From a virus (taxonomy: Duplodnaviria > Heunggongvirae > Uroviricota > Caudoviricetes): DNA of 64,000 nucleotides. The position numbers and the translations under genes were made by a program. This document shows, piece after piece, positions 9,251-18,719 of the stretch. How positions within the stretch are numbered: position 1 is the stretch's first letter; every line of letters starts with the position of its first letter. The notes under the pieces were generated by a model that did not search any database, was not told the origin of the DNA, and was given only the letters and a program-made list of their open reading frames with translations. The stretch lies in the IMG/VR virus record IMGVR_UViG_3300044991_001838, positions 1 through 64,000 of that record, one strand, 5' to 3'.

Positions 9251-9579
9251 ACCGATTCAATTTTTTTTAATTCGTCTTCTAATCGACTTAAGAATGAGTC
9301 CTCACCATCATCACCTGACAATAACCAATCCACCCTTTGTGCATATACTTGAGCAATCTTAAGAGCCTTAACAGCGTCTTTCATTTTCTCAATAATTTCA
9401 TCCGAATATTTGTAATGGAATTTATCCTCAGGGTATTTTTCATACCATTCATCATTATGCCAGTCGTTTTTTATCTCTTCTCGTGTTTTTTCACGACCAT
9501 TATTGAATACTGTCTCCTCTATTTGGTCTGCGATGTATCCAATTTTATATTGGTTGTAGTCAAATGCTCCTCCGCTCAT
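9247..9579 (-). CDS. hypothetical protein
   Basis: 110-aa ORF. Confidence 0.45.
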   Translation of the reverse strand: MSGGAFDYNQYKIGYIADQIEETVFNNGREKTREEIKNDWHNDEWYEKYPEDKFHYKYSDEIIEKMKDAVKALKIAQVYAQRVDWLLSGDDGEDSFLSRLEDELKKIESV

Positions 9580-9959
9580 ATCAATTCAAATTTTGTTAAT
9601 GTGTCTCTTCTTTCTTCTTTGTTAATTCCCAATAAATAATTTTTAACATTACTAACAATTGGTTTACTGTAAATTTGGACTATCTCACTAAAGGTTATTG
9701 TTTTCTTTACAATCTGAGTTGGGTCACCTTTTAATCTACCATTTTTGTAATCACTAATTGCGGTAAGAATAGTTTTCTTATATCCACTAGACCCATCAAT
9801 TAAATTTATGGTGTGGTTTGTGTATTGTCCGTTGATAATCAATCTAAGTAAATGAACCTTTCTCGCCTTACCATAGGTAATAACATATTCGTCATATCCA
9901 TTACGATTAAATCCTGTTTCAGTTTTTTCGTATTTGGCAACTTTAAAGATATTTTCCAT
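9576..9959 (-). CDS. hypothetical protein
   Basis: 127-aa ORF. Confidence 0.45.
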   Translation of the reverse strand: MENIFKVAKYEKTETGFNRNGYDEYVITYGKARKVHLLRLIINGQYTNHTINLIDGSSGYKKTILTAISDYKNGRLKGDPTQIVKKTITFSEIVQIYSKPIVSNVKNYLLGINKEERRDTLTKFELI

Positions 9960-9993
9960 AATTAAATAATTTTATGGGACAAAGATAATAAAA

Positions 9994-10251
9994 TTATTCT
10001 GAAATAGTAATTAAAAAAACAGGATTTTGTTCACCGGCATATAAACCTTTAATGTTGTAGTCATAAAACTCTTCAGCCTCACCCATAGTCATAAGGTCTC
10101 GTTCTTGTAGGATGTTAATAATTTTACTTTGGGAGTAAAGTATACGAGGACCGTGGAAATCCTCAACAATACCAACAATTGCTTCATCAAGGCCGTCTAA
10201 CATAACAGCTCCTTCACAGTAAGATTCTATATCGTAATTGTTGATTATCAT
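9994..10251 (-). CDS. hypothetical protein
   Basis: 85-aa ORF, last gene of minus block before divergent region. Confidence 0.45.
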   Translation of the reverse strand: MIINNYDIESYCEGAVMLDGLDEAIVGIVEDFHGPRILYSQSKIINILQERDLMTMGEAEEFYDYNIKGLYAGEQNPVFLITISE

Positions 10252-10373
10252 AGTAGTAAAATTAAAAAAACAAGTGAGTTTATAATTTAGGCGATAGGTA
10301 AATTACCAAGATACTATCAGATGAATTGTCAAACATCACTTGTCTTAATTAAAGATAGATAACCTATTTTGGT

Positions 10374-11513
10374 ATGTCAAACGAAAATTCAAAATTAAAA
10401 ACTATTTATATTAAAATAATAGTTATGAGAGGATATTTTGGATTAGGTCAATTATCAGCATCTGAGAAGTCAGATATTTTAGACCAACATAAAAGTGTTT
10501 ATAATGGTTACCAAACTATGCAGCCACAAGTGTCAAACACACAACCATTAACTGTGTATGATTTTGCAGGTGATAAAGAAGGTTTAGTCGTTAATAATAA
10601 GGGCGAAGTTAAAAGATATACAAACATGGGAATCAACGAACAAGTTGAAACTAATGAAGTTTGTGATGAATGTGGTGCAATGCAAATGAGTGAAGGAGAA
10701 TGTATGGAATGTGGTTACAGAGGTGGTGAAATGGGAGAAGGCAAAAAATTTCCTGATTTAACGGGTGATGGTAAAGTAACTTATGCCGATATTTTGAAAG
10801 GTAGAGGAGTAAAACCTAAAGGTTCAAAAACCGACAAAGCAATTAAAAAAGTAAATAAGATTTCTGCAAAACACGGAATGGAAGAAGAAACAGGCCATTT
10901 AGATGACATTTATAGTGTTAGAGATTTAAACTTAAAACATGGAGATTTTGACTATGTTGAAGGTGGTGGAAATGACTATGGTACTTTTGAAGGAATGCAC
11001 AAAAATCTTTATAAAGAAGATGAATCAGATGAATTTGTAAATTACGATGATAACTTTGAAGACCCTGATAATGAAAATGATGGATTTGAAGATTTAGAGG
11101 CAGGAGAAGAACTTGGAGAACAAGGTGGAAATGTTGATGATATGGATACTGATTCTGTTGAACCAGCTTACGATTTTGAATCAGAAGGACCTGGAGATGT
11201 TTATCCTGTAAAAGAATATGAAGCAATGGAATCTGCGTGGGCTGATGATGAGTTAGAAGAAGTGGATATTTCAGGTTCTCAAGGAATTTATGGAGACATG
11301 GACCCAGCATTTGATTTTGATAGTGACGGACCAGGTAAAGGTGGTCCATACCAAGAATTTTCTTATGGAACAACACATAACGATATGGACGATGAAGATA
11401 TGGAAGATATGGATGATGAATGGGAAGAAATTGACGATGATTTACAAGAAGACTTCAAAAATCAAAAAAATAAAATCATGGAAATGTTTAACAGATTTAA
11501 CAGATACAATTAA
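10374..11513 (+). CDS. hypothetical acidic protein with Cys cluster
   Basis: CDECGAMQMSEGECMECGY zinc-ribbon-like; very acidic C-terminal half; terminator follows. Confidence 0.55.
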   Translation: MSNENSKLKTIYIKIIVMRGYFGLGQLSASEKSDILDQHKSVYNGYQTMQPQVSNTQPLTVYDFAGDKEGLVVNNKGEVKRYTNMGINEQVETNEVCDECGAMQMSEGECMECGYRGGEMGEGKKFPDLTGDGKVTYADILKGRGVKPKGSKTDKAIKKVNKISAKHGMEEETGHLDDIYSVRDLNLKHGDFDYVEGGGNDYGTFEGMHKNLYKEDESDEFVNYDDNFEDPDNENDGFEDLEAGEELGEQGGNVDDMDTDSVEPAYDFESEGPGDVYPVKEYEAMESAWADDELEEVDISGSQGIYGDMDPAFDFDSDGPGKGGPYQEFSYGTTHNDMDDEDMEDMDDEWEEIDDDLQEDFKNQKNKIMEMFNRFNRYN

Positions 11514-11518
11514 TATCA

Positions 11519-11545
11519 AACCCCTCTAATCGGAGGGGTTTTTTA
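11519..11545 (+). terminator. rho-independent terminator
   Basis: AACCCCTC-TAATCG-GAGGGGTT followed by T6. Confidence 0.7.
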
Positions 11546-11620
11546 TTATTAAAAAAATATTTTAAGAAATAAAATGACTTTTACTATGTTTAAATATATT
11601 TCTTTATAAATTAACATATT

Positions 11621-11923
11621 ATGGAAATTAATGAAATTATATCATACTTCTTAAATCCTGATACAAATGTTTTAGATGTTTCGTTTAGAACAATTGAAGA
11701 TAGTGAAGAAGTTTTAAGAACTGACAGTATAGATTATACTCATGTTGAAGATTATGGATTTGACCTTGTGTCAGAATCATTTGATTTTTTTGGTGAAGAA
11801 TTTGAAGATGATGAAATCTTTGAAGAAGAAAAAATTGAATTGGACGAAGAAGAATTAGTAATATTTTTAAATGAATATTACACTGTTAATCCTAATGCAT
11901 TACCAAAGAGTGAGTTCTATTAA
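11621..11923 (+). CDS. hypothetical acidic protein
   Basis: 100-aa ORF. Confidence 0.45.
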   Translation: MEINEIISYFLNPDTNVLDVSFRTIEDSEEVLRTDSIDYTHVEDYGFDLVSESFDFFGEEFEDDEIFEEEKIELDEEELVIFLNEYYTVNPNALPKSEFY

Positions 11924-12453
11924 GGACCCACTCTTGTTAATGATAATGTCATAACTTGTTTTTGACCAAATTTTCCATTAAACCATGCACCTGAACTCTT
12001 CAACTGTAAGGTCTCAAACCCATCATCTTCAATCAAAAAGGTGACTAATCTTGAAGAACCATCATCGGTAACATAATTAAATTGCATATAACCATTATTA
12101 TATGCGTTACCCCCAAAAGTATTATAAAATATTTCATTAGGAGATGTACCATATCTCCATATGTCTTGTCCTGCAGGAGTTACACCTAATAATTTCATTC
12201 TAACCGTTGAATAATCAATATGGATATAAAAATGATTTATAGAAATTACGTCAAATGGTTTTGGTAATAAATTATTGTTATATGAGGTACCAACAAGATA
12301 TAATGAATCTCTTGTTTGATTTTGGTCAACATTTGTAATATCTAATTTAGAAACGACATATTTTCCACTTAAAGTAAGGGTTGGTTTTTCTGTGACATAT
12401 TGTTCACAAGATACCAAAAATAAAACAATGAATAATAAAAATAGTTTTTTCAT
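11920..12453 (-). CDS. lipoprotein
   Basis: Signal MKKLFLLFIVLFLVSC lipobox. Confidence 0.55.
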   Translation of the reverse strand: MKKLFLLFIVLFLVSCEQYVTEKPTLTLSGKYVVSKLDITNVDQNQTRDSLYLVGTSYNNNLLPKPFDVISINHFYIHIDYSTVRMKLLGVTPAGQDIWRYGTSPNEIFYNTFGGNAYNNGYMQFNYVTDDGSSRLVTFLIEDDGFETLQLKSSGAWFNGKFGQKQVMTLSLTRVGP

Positions 12454-12494
12454 AAAGTAAGATTTAGTTTATTAATTTCAATAAGGCAAATATA

Positions 12495-12776
12495 ATGTTT
12501 TTTTTCAATAAATCTAAAATATTTATTAGAATGAATTTAGATGTAGATTTTTTAATAGGGTTTTTTAACAAACATACCACTGACAACAACAAAGAAGAAA
12601 TGGGTGAACAAGATGCAGCAGCATCGGCAGCGCCATCCACAGGAGGTGGTGGAGGTTCAGTTCCTAAATGGGCCGACACATATACCTTAACAAGAGGTAA
12701 AGCAAATAAGTTAGGTCTTGCGGGAGAAAAATGGGAAACAGGAATAACACGAGGAGCAGCAAATCAAATTTGGTAA
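12495..12776 (+). CDS. hypothetical Gly/Ala-rich small protein
   Basis: ORF in coding direction of downstream genes; low complexity. Confidence 0.3.
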   Translation: MFFFNKSKIFIRMNLDVDFLIGFFNKHTTDNNKEEMGEQDAAASAAPSTGGGGGSVPKWADTYTLTRGKANKLGLAGEKWETGITRGAANQIW

Positions 12777-12808
12777 TAACAATATATTTATAATTAAAAT
12801 ACTTTCAC

Positions 12809-13774
12809 ATGGTACAACCAAAATATCGCCCTGAAGAGGCGTTACAAAGAATAAAGTTAATGATGGAATATGATTCATCTAAAACTTTAGATGAGAATAA
12901 AGAAATGATATCAGAACAAACCGCAGGTAACGTGGCAGACCCATTAACTTTAGGATATGGTGCGACAGGTGCTGCGTATGGAGCAACTTTAGCGGGTGGT
13001 GGTATTGCAGCAGCAACCGCAGCAGGAGCTACTGCGGGTAGTGTGTTTCCTGTTGTTGGTACAGCAATAGGCGCTTTAGCAGGTGTTGGAGTTGGTATGT
13101 TAATGCAATGGTACTCTAATAAAGATTATGGAAAATCTGGATTTGAACAAGTAATGAGTGCCTGTAAATCATCAGGGGCGTCTAAATTAGTTCCAAAAAT
13201 GTCAAAAAGTGAAACACGAGCTATTGCATATTCAATAGAAGATGCTAAAGGACAGTGGAATGATGACGAAAATGCAATTGCTTCGGCATTACAAAAAATT
13301 GAGTCTATTGCGGACCTTTGTGCTGTTGATAAGAAAGTTACAGGAGGTCTTCTTGAATTTTTAGATAATTTAACTGAAAGTCCTGACGAATGGAAAATGT
13401 TTACAAGACCTTTAGCTGGAATGATTGAAGATACTGAAGTAGTATTAACACCTCAAGAACAGAAAAAAGTTGGTGTTAAAACAGGTGGTAACAGTAGTGG
13501 AAAAACCAGTAAATATAAATCATGTTCTGGTACGTATTCTTACGGATGTAAAGCTAACGCAATTGCAGAAGTACAAGGATGTTTAGGGTTAACAACTGAC
13601 GGTAAATTTGGTCCAAAAACTAAAGCTGCCTTGAGCGGTAAAGGTTTTACAACATTTACAGATAAAGATATACCAAAAATATGTTCAACAACAACAACAA
13701 CAATAGAAAAACCTAAAGATGAATTCACTACACAAGTTGATGCTGATAATGTGGAGGATATTTTAAACATGTAA
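12809..13774 (+). CDS. membrane-anchored protein with peptidoglycan-binding domain
   Basis: Gly/Ala-rich TM segment; C-terminal GCLGLTTDGKFGPKTKAALS resembles the PG_binding_1 motif. Confidence 0.5.
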   Translation: MVQPKYRPEEALQRIKLMMEYDSSKTLDENKEMISEQTAGNVADPLTLGYGATGAAYGATLAGGGIAAATAAGATAGSVFPVVGTAIGALAGVGVGMLMQWYSNKDYGKSGFEQVMSACKSSGASKLVPKMSKSETRAIAYSIEDAKGQWNDDENAIASALQKIESIADLCAVDKKVTGGLLEFLDNLTESPDEWKMFTRPLAGMIEDTEVVLTPQEQKKVGVKTGGNSSGKTSKYKSCSGTYSYGCKANAIAEVQGCLGLTTDGKFGPKTKAALSGKGFTTFTDKDIPKICSTTTTTIEKPKDEFTTQVDADNVEDILNM

Positions 13775-13780
13775 TTTAAT

Positions 13781-14767
13781 ATGAAAAAGAATTTAATAAG
13801 CGAATTAGAAATAAAAGAAATTTTATCAATGCACAAGTCATTAAAAGAACAAGATGAAAAAAAATTGTCTTTAGATGTTACTAGTGATTTAGTAAAATTA
13901 CGTAAAGCAATTGATGCAGGATGTTTAAAAAATGGTAAAATTTTAACAAACGCCAACCAAACCAAATATGTTTACAGAGCAACTACTAAAAGTGGTAAAA
14001 CTGTAGATTTCACTGCGGATATGAATTATTCCTTTGGAGATGGTTCTAAAACAGGTAAATGGAAATGTGATAAAATTGCCCAAATGGCTGCGACCGCGGC
14101 ACAAACTGCGCAACAAACGGCTTCAGCTGCCGCAGACACTACTTTAGTACAACAAGAAGGTGGGTGGCAAGAAGCTAAAGACATTAAAACAACTCGTGAA
14201 AATTTAGAAAACCCATTAATGTTTGAAAAGAAAGTTGTTAATGGAGTTACATTGTACAGAAGTGTTCCTGAAAAAGGAATTACAGGAGGATTAACTTCTG
14301 ACCAAACAAAAATAATTGAAAAATGGAATAGTAAAGGTGCTAAATTAAGAAAAGATTTAGACCCTGAAGAGGCTAAAACTTGGACTTCAAGAGTTGTTAG
14401 TCCTGCTAGCGAAGGATATTTTTCCCAAGATTTAATTATGTTTTTTCCACCTGAAAATGTTGTAGGAACACAAGGAGGTAATGTTGAAGCCGAATTTAAT
14501 AAGGCTATTACAAATCAAACACCGACAAGTAAGAAAGATTGTAGAAACACTATTGAGGCTTACTACAAAGCGTTTAAAACTAAAAAACGAATTGAACCTA
14601 ACACTTTTGAACCAATGAAAGAAAAAGTTCAGGCATGTGCTAACGAATTTGACGGTAAATGGGGAGGTATTTTAAGTAATATTGACGATTATGTTGCAAT
14701 TCTTAGAGGAGATAAAGTTGGTGGACCATCATCATATGGTGCAGATTCAAAATGGAGAATTCAATAA
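13781..14767 (+). CDS. hypothetical protein
   Basis: 328-aa ORF. Confidence 0.5.
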   Translation: MKKNLISELEIKEILSMHKSLKEQDEKKLSLDVTSDLVKLRKAIDAGCLKNGKILTNANQTKYVYRATTKSGKTVDFTADMNYSFGDGSKTGKWKCDKIAQMAATAAQTAQQTASAAADTTLVQQEGGWQEAKDIKTTRENLENPLMFEKKVVNGVTLYRSVPEKGITGGLTSDQTKIIEKWNSKGAKLRKDLDPEEAKTWTSRVVSPASEGYFSQDLIMFFPPENVVGTQGGNVEAEFNKAITNQTPTSKKDCRNTIEAYYKAFKTKKRIEPNTFEPMKEKVQACANEFDGKWGGILSNIDDYVAILRGDKVGGPSSYGADSKWRIQ

Positions 14768-14771
14768 AAAA

Positions 14772-15464
14772 ACTATGTTAAAAAAAGATATAAAAAAGTC
14801 GTTATTAGAGACTAAAGAAAGAAAAGAAAAACAATTAATCGAGCAAAAATTGGTTAAAAGTAGAATCATGATGATTGTTGAATCTGAAGGTAATATGAAA
14901 AATTTTCATTTATTATCAGAAGAAAAACAATTTAAAATATCATACTCTATTTTTGAAGAAATTGGTTATCTTGAAGAACAAGGTTTAATGACCGAACAAG
15001 TTTGGGATTTTTTAGGTAAAATTTTTGGAAATTCCGTTGGTGGTGTTGCACAAACTATTGTTGAACCATTAGTTAATTCTTTATTAAGTTCAATTGGACT
15101 TGGAGGTTATTTTAAAGATTTCTTAGTGTCGTTTATTACATCAAACCCATTAAGACTTGCAAAAGCTCTTAAGAGTTGTGAAGAATTAACTAAATTAATA
15201 GCAGAATCTTTAACTGAAGCTGTTATTATGATGATACAAAGAGAAAAAGGATTATCCGGACAAGGATACACTTTTATTAGAAATGCCTTAGGTGGTGCGG
15301 TTAAAGACTATAAATTTGTTGAATCATTAGAAAAACAACTTAGTAGTACAGTATGTAGTCTTTTTGGAAAAATGAATGATAAAGCATCCGGAGTTTATGA
15401 CAAATTAAAAAGTAGTGTTACAAGTGACACCGGAATAGGTGGACTAATAGGAGCAACTGAATAG
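14772..15464 (+). CDS. hypothetical protein
   Basis: ORF 14682..15464; start moved to Met (MLKKDIKK) just after upstream stop. Confidence 0.45.
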   Translation, partial: TMLKKDIKKSLLETKERKEKQLIEQKLVKSRIMMIVESEGNMKNFHLLSEEKQFKISYSIFEEIGYLEEQGLMTEQVWDFLGKIFGNSVGGVAQTIVEPLVNSLLSSIGLGGYFKDFLVSFITSNPLRLAKALKSCEELTKLIAESLTEAVIMMIQREKGLSGQGYTFIRNALGGAVKDYKFVESLEKQLSSTVCSLFGKMNDKASGVYDKLKSSVTSDTGIGGLIGATE

Positions 15465-15558
15465 AACACAATTCTATTCTTAGCCGAGATGAAAGTAAAA
15501 AGTTGTCTCTATAAACTGACGAACAAAAATAAAGGGGGTGTTCTAAAGTCTAAAAAAA

Positions 15559-15586
15559 AAGAAGGGTTAAACACCCTTCTTTTTTG
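15559..15586. terminator. bidirectional terminator between convergent genes
   Basis: A-run, GAAGGGT-loop-ACCCTTC, T-run; overlaps clpP stop. Confidence 0.6.
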
Positions 15587-16247
15587 TTGTAACAACTTCA
15601 TCAATAATCCCGTATTCAAGTGCTTCATCCGCAGTTAACCACAAATCACGAGTAGCATCCAAAGTAACTTGTTCCTCAGTTTTACCACAATAAGAACCTA
15701 ACAAATCAAAAAGAATTTTATTTGTTTTTTCCCATTCCCTCATATTGATACGAGCATCTTGGATATTACCTCCTGCACCACCTGAAGATTGGTGTAACAT
15801 GGTTTTTGAGAATCTCAATGAACTTCTTTTACCTTTAGTTCCAGCCCCCAGCAATACGGACCCCATAGATGCCGCCATACCTGTGTTAATTGTTCTAATA
15901 TCACAAGAAATGTAATCCATAACATCTACCATTGAAAGTCCTGACTTAACACTTCCACCAGGAGAGTCGATATGCATCGTAATGTCCAATTTATCTGATG
16001 AATCTAAGAACATTAACTGAGCTTGGACTATTGTTGACATGTGGTCATTAACAGGTCCAGCAACCCATAAAATTCGGTCTCTCATTAATCTTGAAAAGAT
16101 ATCCATTTGAGTTACTCTCATTTCTCTTTCTTCCAAAATGTATGGAGTCATCGAATTCTCAATTTGAGAATTAAAATTATGTAAATCCAAAGATGGTTTA
16201 CCTAAATGTTTTACATAATAATTTTTAAAATCTTCGCCTATATTCAT
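15567..16247 (-). CDS. clpP: ATP-dependent Clp protease proteolytic subunit ClpP
   Basis: DSPGGSV, catalytic Ser (GMAASMGSVLL), His (MLHQS) and Asp (TRDLWLTADEA) in ClpP order; very close match to the E. coli ClpP remembered. Confidence 0.85.
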   Translation of the reverse strand: MNIGEDFKNYYVKHLGKPSLDLHNFNSQIENSMTPYILEEREMRVTQMDIFSRLMRDRILWVAGPVNDHMSTIVQAQLMFLDSSDKLDITMHIDSPGGSVKSGLSMVDVMDYISCDIRTINTGMAASMGSVLLGAGTKGKRSSLRFSKTMLHQSSGGAGGNIQDARINMREWEKTNKILFDLLGSYCGKTEEQVTLDATRDLWLTADEALEYGIIDEVVTTKKKGV

Positions 16248-16300
16248 ATTTTATATTTTTGACAAATGTATTTAAAAATAATTAATTATCCTAATTTTTT

Positions 16301-16633
16301 TTAAAATCCTTCGCCAGTTACGTCAGCGCCTGTAGATTCTCCTTCTTCTGCTGGGTTTGTTTCAGTTTGTTCGTTACTTTTCATATTAACGGCGCTTCCT
16401 TCAGGAATGTCTTCTTCACACTTATAAATGTGAACTTGGTCATTATGTTCAAAAACAATAACTTTCTTAATGTCTTCACCTAAATTCATATCTCCAACGA
16501 TATCAACAACAATACCTTCACCATCATTAAGGATTAACCCTAATGCTCTTGCAAAGATTAATGAAGCATTTAATAAATCTTGAGGGTCTTGTCCTTGACC
16601 TGCTTTTTCTGGATTTGTGTAATTTTCTTGCAT
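16301..16633 (-). CDS. hypothetical acidic protein
   Basis: 110-aa ORF. Confidence 0.45.
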   Translation of the reverse strand: MQENYTNPEKAGQGQDPQDLLNASLIFARALGLILNDGEGIVVDIVGDMNLGEDIKKVIVFEHNDQVHIYKCEEDIPEGSAVNMKSNEQTETNPAEEGESTGADVTGEGF

Positions 16634-16665
16634 TTGTATTTTTTTTTAAAATCTAATAAAGATTT

Positions 16666-17163
16666 TTAATAAACAAATGATTTTTGGTAATCAATCCAAA
16701 TTTTATGAAGTACTGCGTTTTCATTAATTAATGTTGGAGCGAAAGGTTTTGTTTTTAAATTCATTTTTGCTTCCTCAGGAGTTCTGTTCCCTTTCTTAAG
16801 GTTACATTTAAAACAAGATGTTACCAAGTTTGTCCATTCATTTTTTCCCCCTCTTGATTTAGGTAATACATGGTCTAATGTTAAATCTTTTTTTGAACCA
16901 CAATAAACACATTCTTGATTATCTCTTCTGTATATTCTTGACCTATTTGGTCTTAGTCCTCTTGCGTGGTATTTTATGTATTTTAAAAGTCGGATAATAA
17001 CGGGGCGTACATATTCATTGTATCCTGAGATAATTGGGTTTTCATCTGATTTTATAATTTCAGCTTTACCCTTATCTACCAATACAAATCCCCTCCTAAT
17101 GCTTGTGACATTCAAAGGAGTATAATCATAATTTAATACCAATACCGTGCTCATTCCTTTCAA
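16666..17163 (-). CDS. HNH endonuclease
   Basis: CVYCGS...LDHVLPKSRGGKNEWTNLVTSCFKCNLKKG HNH motif. Confidence 0.75.
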   Translation of the reverse strand: MKGMSTVLVLNYDYTPLNVTSIRRGFVLVDKGKAEIIKSDENPIISGYNEYVRPVIIRLLKYIKYHARGLRPNRSRIYRRDNQECVYCGSKKDLTLDHVLPKSRGGKNEWTNLVTSCFKCNLKKGNRTPEEAKMNLKTKPFAPTLINENAVLHKIWIDYQKSFVY

Positions 17164-17364
17164 TTTTTACAAACATAAGTGATTTAAAATATAAAAACAA
17201 AAAAAGGGTCAATATTGACCCTTTTATAAAACTAATAATTAGTATTTTTTTATGAATTGAAATTTTCCAAACCCCAAAACATCTAAGTTCTCATATGATA
17301 GGTTAGTTCCCAAAAGACACCTTATATTTTGTCTATTATCATACTAATAAATATCTGAAAAAAG

Positions 17365-17395
17365 TTTGGGAAGTCAAATTATTTAATTACTTTTG
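17365..17395 (+). promoter_or_regulatory. Bacteroidetes-type promoter (-33 TTTG, -7 TACTTTTG)
   Basis: TTTG at 17365-17368 and TAnnTTTG at 17388-17395, 19-nt spacing, 22 nt upstream of ORF 17418. Confidence 0.45.
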
Positions 17396-17417
17396 TAAAA
17401 AATTAAAACAAATTATT

Positions 17418-17681
17418 ATGCCAGAATTTGAATCTTATGTTGATGTAGATGTTGACGAATTTGTATCTTCTTGTAGTAAAAGAGAAATACAAGAATTAAT
17501 AGAGTGTTTAGTTGAGGATGGTTATCTTCCTAAAAACGTAATTGGAACAAATCCAAATGAAAATTTGGGAAGATATGAAACTGATTTTAATGAAAATTTA
17601 GATAAACTTAAAGAGAAATATTACTCTTTAAGTTCTGAGGATGAACAGGTAATTCAAAATATTTTTAAAAAATATTTATAA
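17418..17681 (+). CDS. hypothetical protein
   Basis: 87-aa ORF preceded by TTTG/TACTTTTG promoter-like motif. Confidence 0.5.
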   Translation: MPEFESYVDVDVDEFVSSCSKREIQELIECLVEDGYLPKNVIGTNPNENLGRYETDFNENLDKLKEKYYSLSSEDEQVIQNIFKKYL

Positions 17682-17842
17682 TTATTGGATTTTTGATATA
17701 TTTATTGTAATATTGTACTATGAAAACGATGAACACAAATACAAATCTTGACACACCGACAACTCCTAATGGGGATGCGGGCACTATTCGTATGAGTTCA
17801 GACATAATTTTTGAGTAATATTATATTAGCCAAAAATTTAAA

Positions 17843-17872
17843 ACCCTGAACTAATCCTTCAGGGTTTTTTTT
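17843..17872 (+). terminator. rho-independent terminator
   Basis: ACCCTGAA-CTAATCC-TTCAGGGT then T9. Confidence 0.7.
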
Positions 17873-17880
17873 ATTTATTA

Positions 17881-17954
17881 CGGGGTGTGGACTAAAGGTT
17901 AGTCGCCTGGTTTGGGACCAGGACATCGAGCAGATTCGATTTCTGCCACCCCGA
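17881..17954 (+). tRNA. tRNA-Pro (UGG)
   Basis: Acceptor CGGGGTG/CACCCCG, D-stem GACT/AGTC, anticodon arm CCTGG-TTTGGGA-CCAGG, T-arm GCAGA-TTCGATT-TCTGC; 7-nt variable region. Confidence 0.7.
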
Positions 17955-17960
17955 CATTAT

Positions 17961-18045
17961 TGACATGTTGCCATAGAGGTCGAATGGTCCAGACTGTTAA
18001 TCTGGTGAGTAAAATCCGACGTAGGTTCGAATCCTACCGTGTCAG
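17961..18045 (+). tRNA. atypical tRNA: Asn-type anticodon loop CUGUUAA (GUU) but 15-nt variable region
   Basis: Acceptor TGACATG/CGTGTCA, anticodon arm CCAGA-CTGTTAA-TCTGG, T-arm GTAGG-TTCGAAT-CCTAC; 85 nt; variable segment TGAGTAAAATCCGAC without an obvious stem. Confidence 0.45.
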
Positions 18046-18087
18046 CTTTACTTTTCGAATATTTGTGATAGTTATTATTAACTAATA

Positions 18088-18648
18088 ATGTTAATAATGA
18101 GTAAATACTTCGAAAAAATAATAGAATTAAGAAATCAGGGTAAAACCTATAAAGAAATTTGTAAAGAATTACATTGTGCAATTTCAACAGTATCATATCA
18201 CTGTAAACTCAATAAAATGGGTGGTCATAGTGATAGATTGACAGATGAACAAAAATTAGAATTACAAAAACTTTATGATGAAATTGGTTCTGTTAAAAAA
18301 ATTGCAAAATTAAAAGGACATGCAATTAACACTGTTTTAAAATATGTTGTAACAACAAATAAAAATAAAACAGTTTCAAAAACTGAAGCAGTTATTGAAT
18401 GGAGAAAACGAACAAAACAAAAATTAATTGACTATAAGGGTGGTGAATGTGAATTATGTGGATATAAAAAATGTAACAGAGCTTTACAATTTCATCATCT
18501 CAATCCTGAAGAAAAAGACTTTTCAATTTCAGGAAAAAGTGTTAGTTTTGAAAAACTAAAAGACGAGGTAGACAAATGTATATTAGTATGTTCTAATTGT
18601 CATTCTGAAATACACGACGGTTTAGTTGAATTATTACAAGTGGGGTAG
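18088..18648 (+). CDS. HNH homing endonuclease with N-terminal HTH
   Basis: CELCGY...LQFHHLNPEEK...CILVCSNCHSEIH HNH; inserted between tRNA genes. Confidence 0.75.
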   Translation: MLIMSKYFEKIIELRNQGKTYKEICKELHCAISTVSYHCKLNKMGGHSDRLTDEQKLELQKLYDEIGSVKKIAKLKGHAINTVLKYVVTTNKNKTVSKTEAVIEWRKRTKQKLIDYKGGECELCGYKKCNRALQFHHLNPEEKDFSISGKSVSFEKLKDEVDKCILVCSNCHSEIHDGLVELLQVG

Positions 18649-18719
18649 GTGGAAAATTTCCAATGTTGTGGTATCGTGGATGGAGTAATCCTGAAGCATA
18701 AACAGACAAAAAGAAAGAA

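Noticed and set aside
10918-11376. 152-aa minus-strand ORF
   Set aside because: Antisense within the acidic gene 10374-11513; His/Leu-rich composition typical of reverse-strand reading of GAA/GAT-rich DNA
12464-12679. 71-aa minus ORF (poly-Pro/Ala)
   Set aside because: Antisense to a plus-strand Gly/Ala-rich ORF in a plus-strand gene block; low complexity
17957-18196. 79-aa minus-strand ORF; similar ORFs 19288-19629, 19345-19542, 20889-21116, 21763-22295, 22761-22958, 25230-25433, 25713-25898
   Set aside because: All overlap or lie antisense to tRNA genes or structured RNA segments; GC-rich tRNA DNA lacks stop codons by chance
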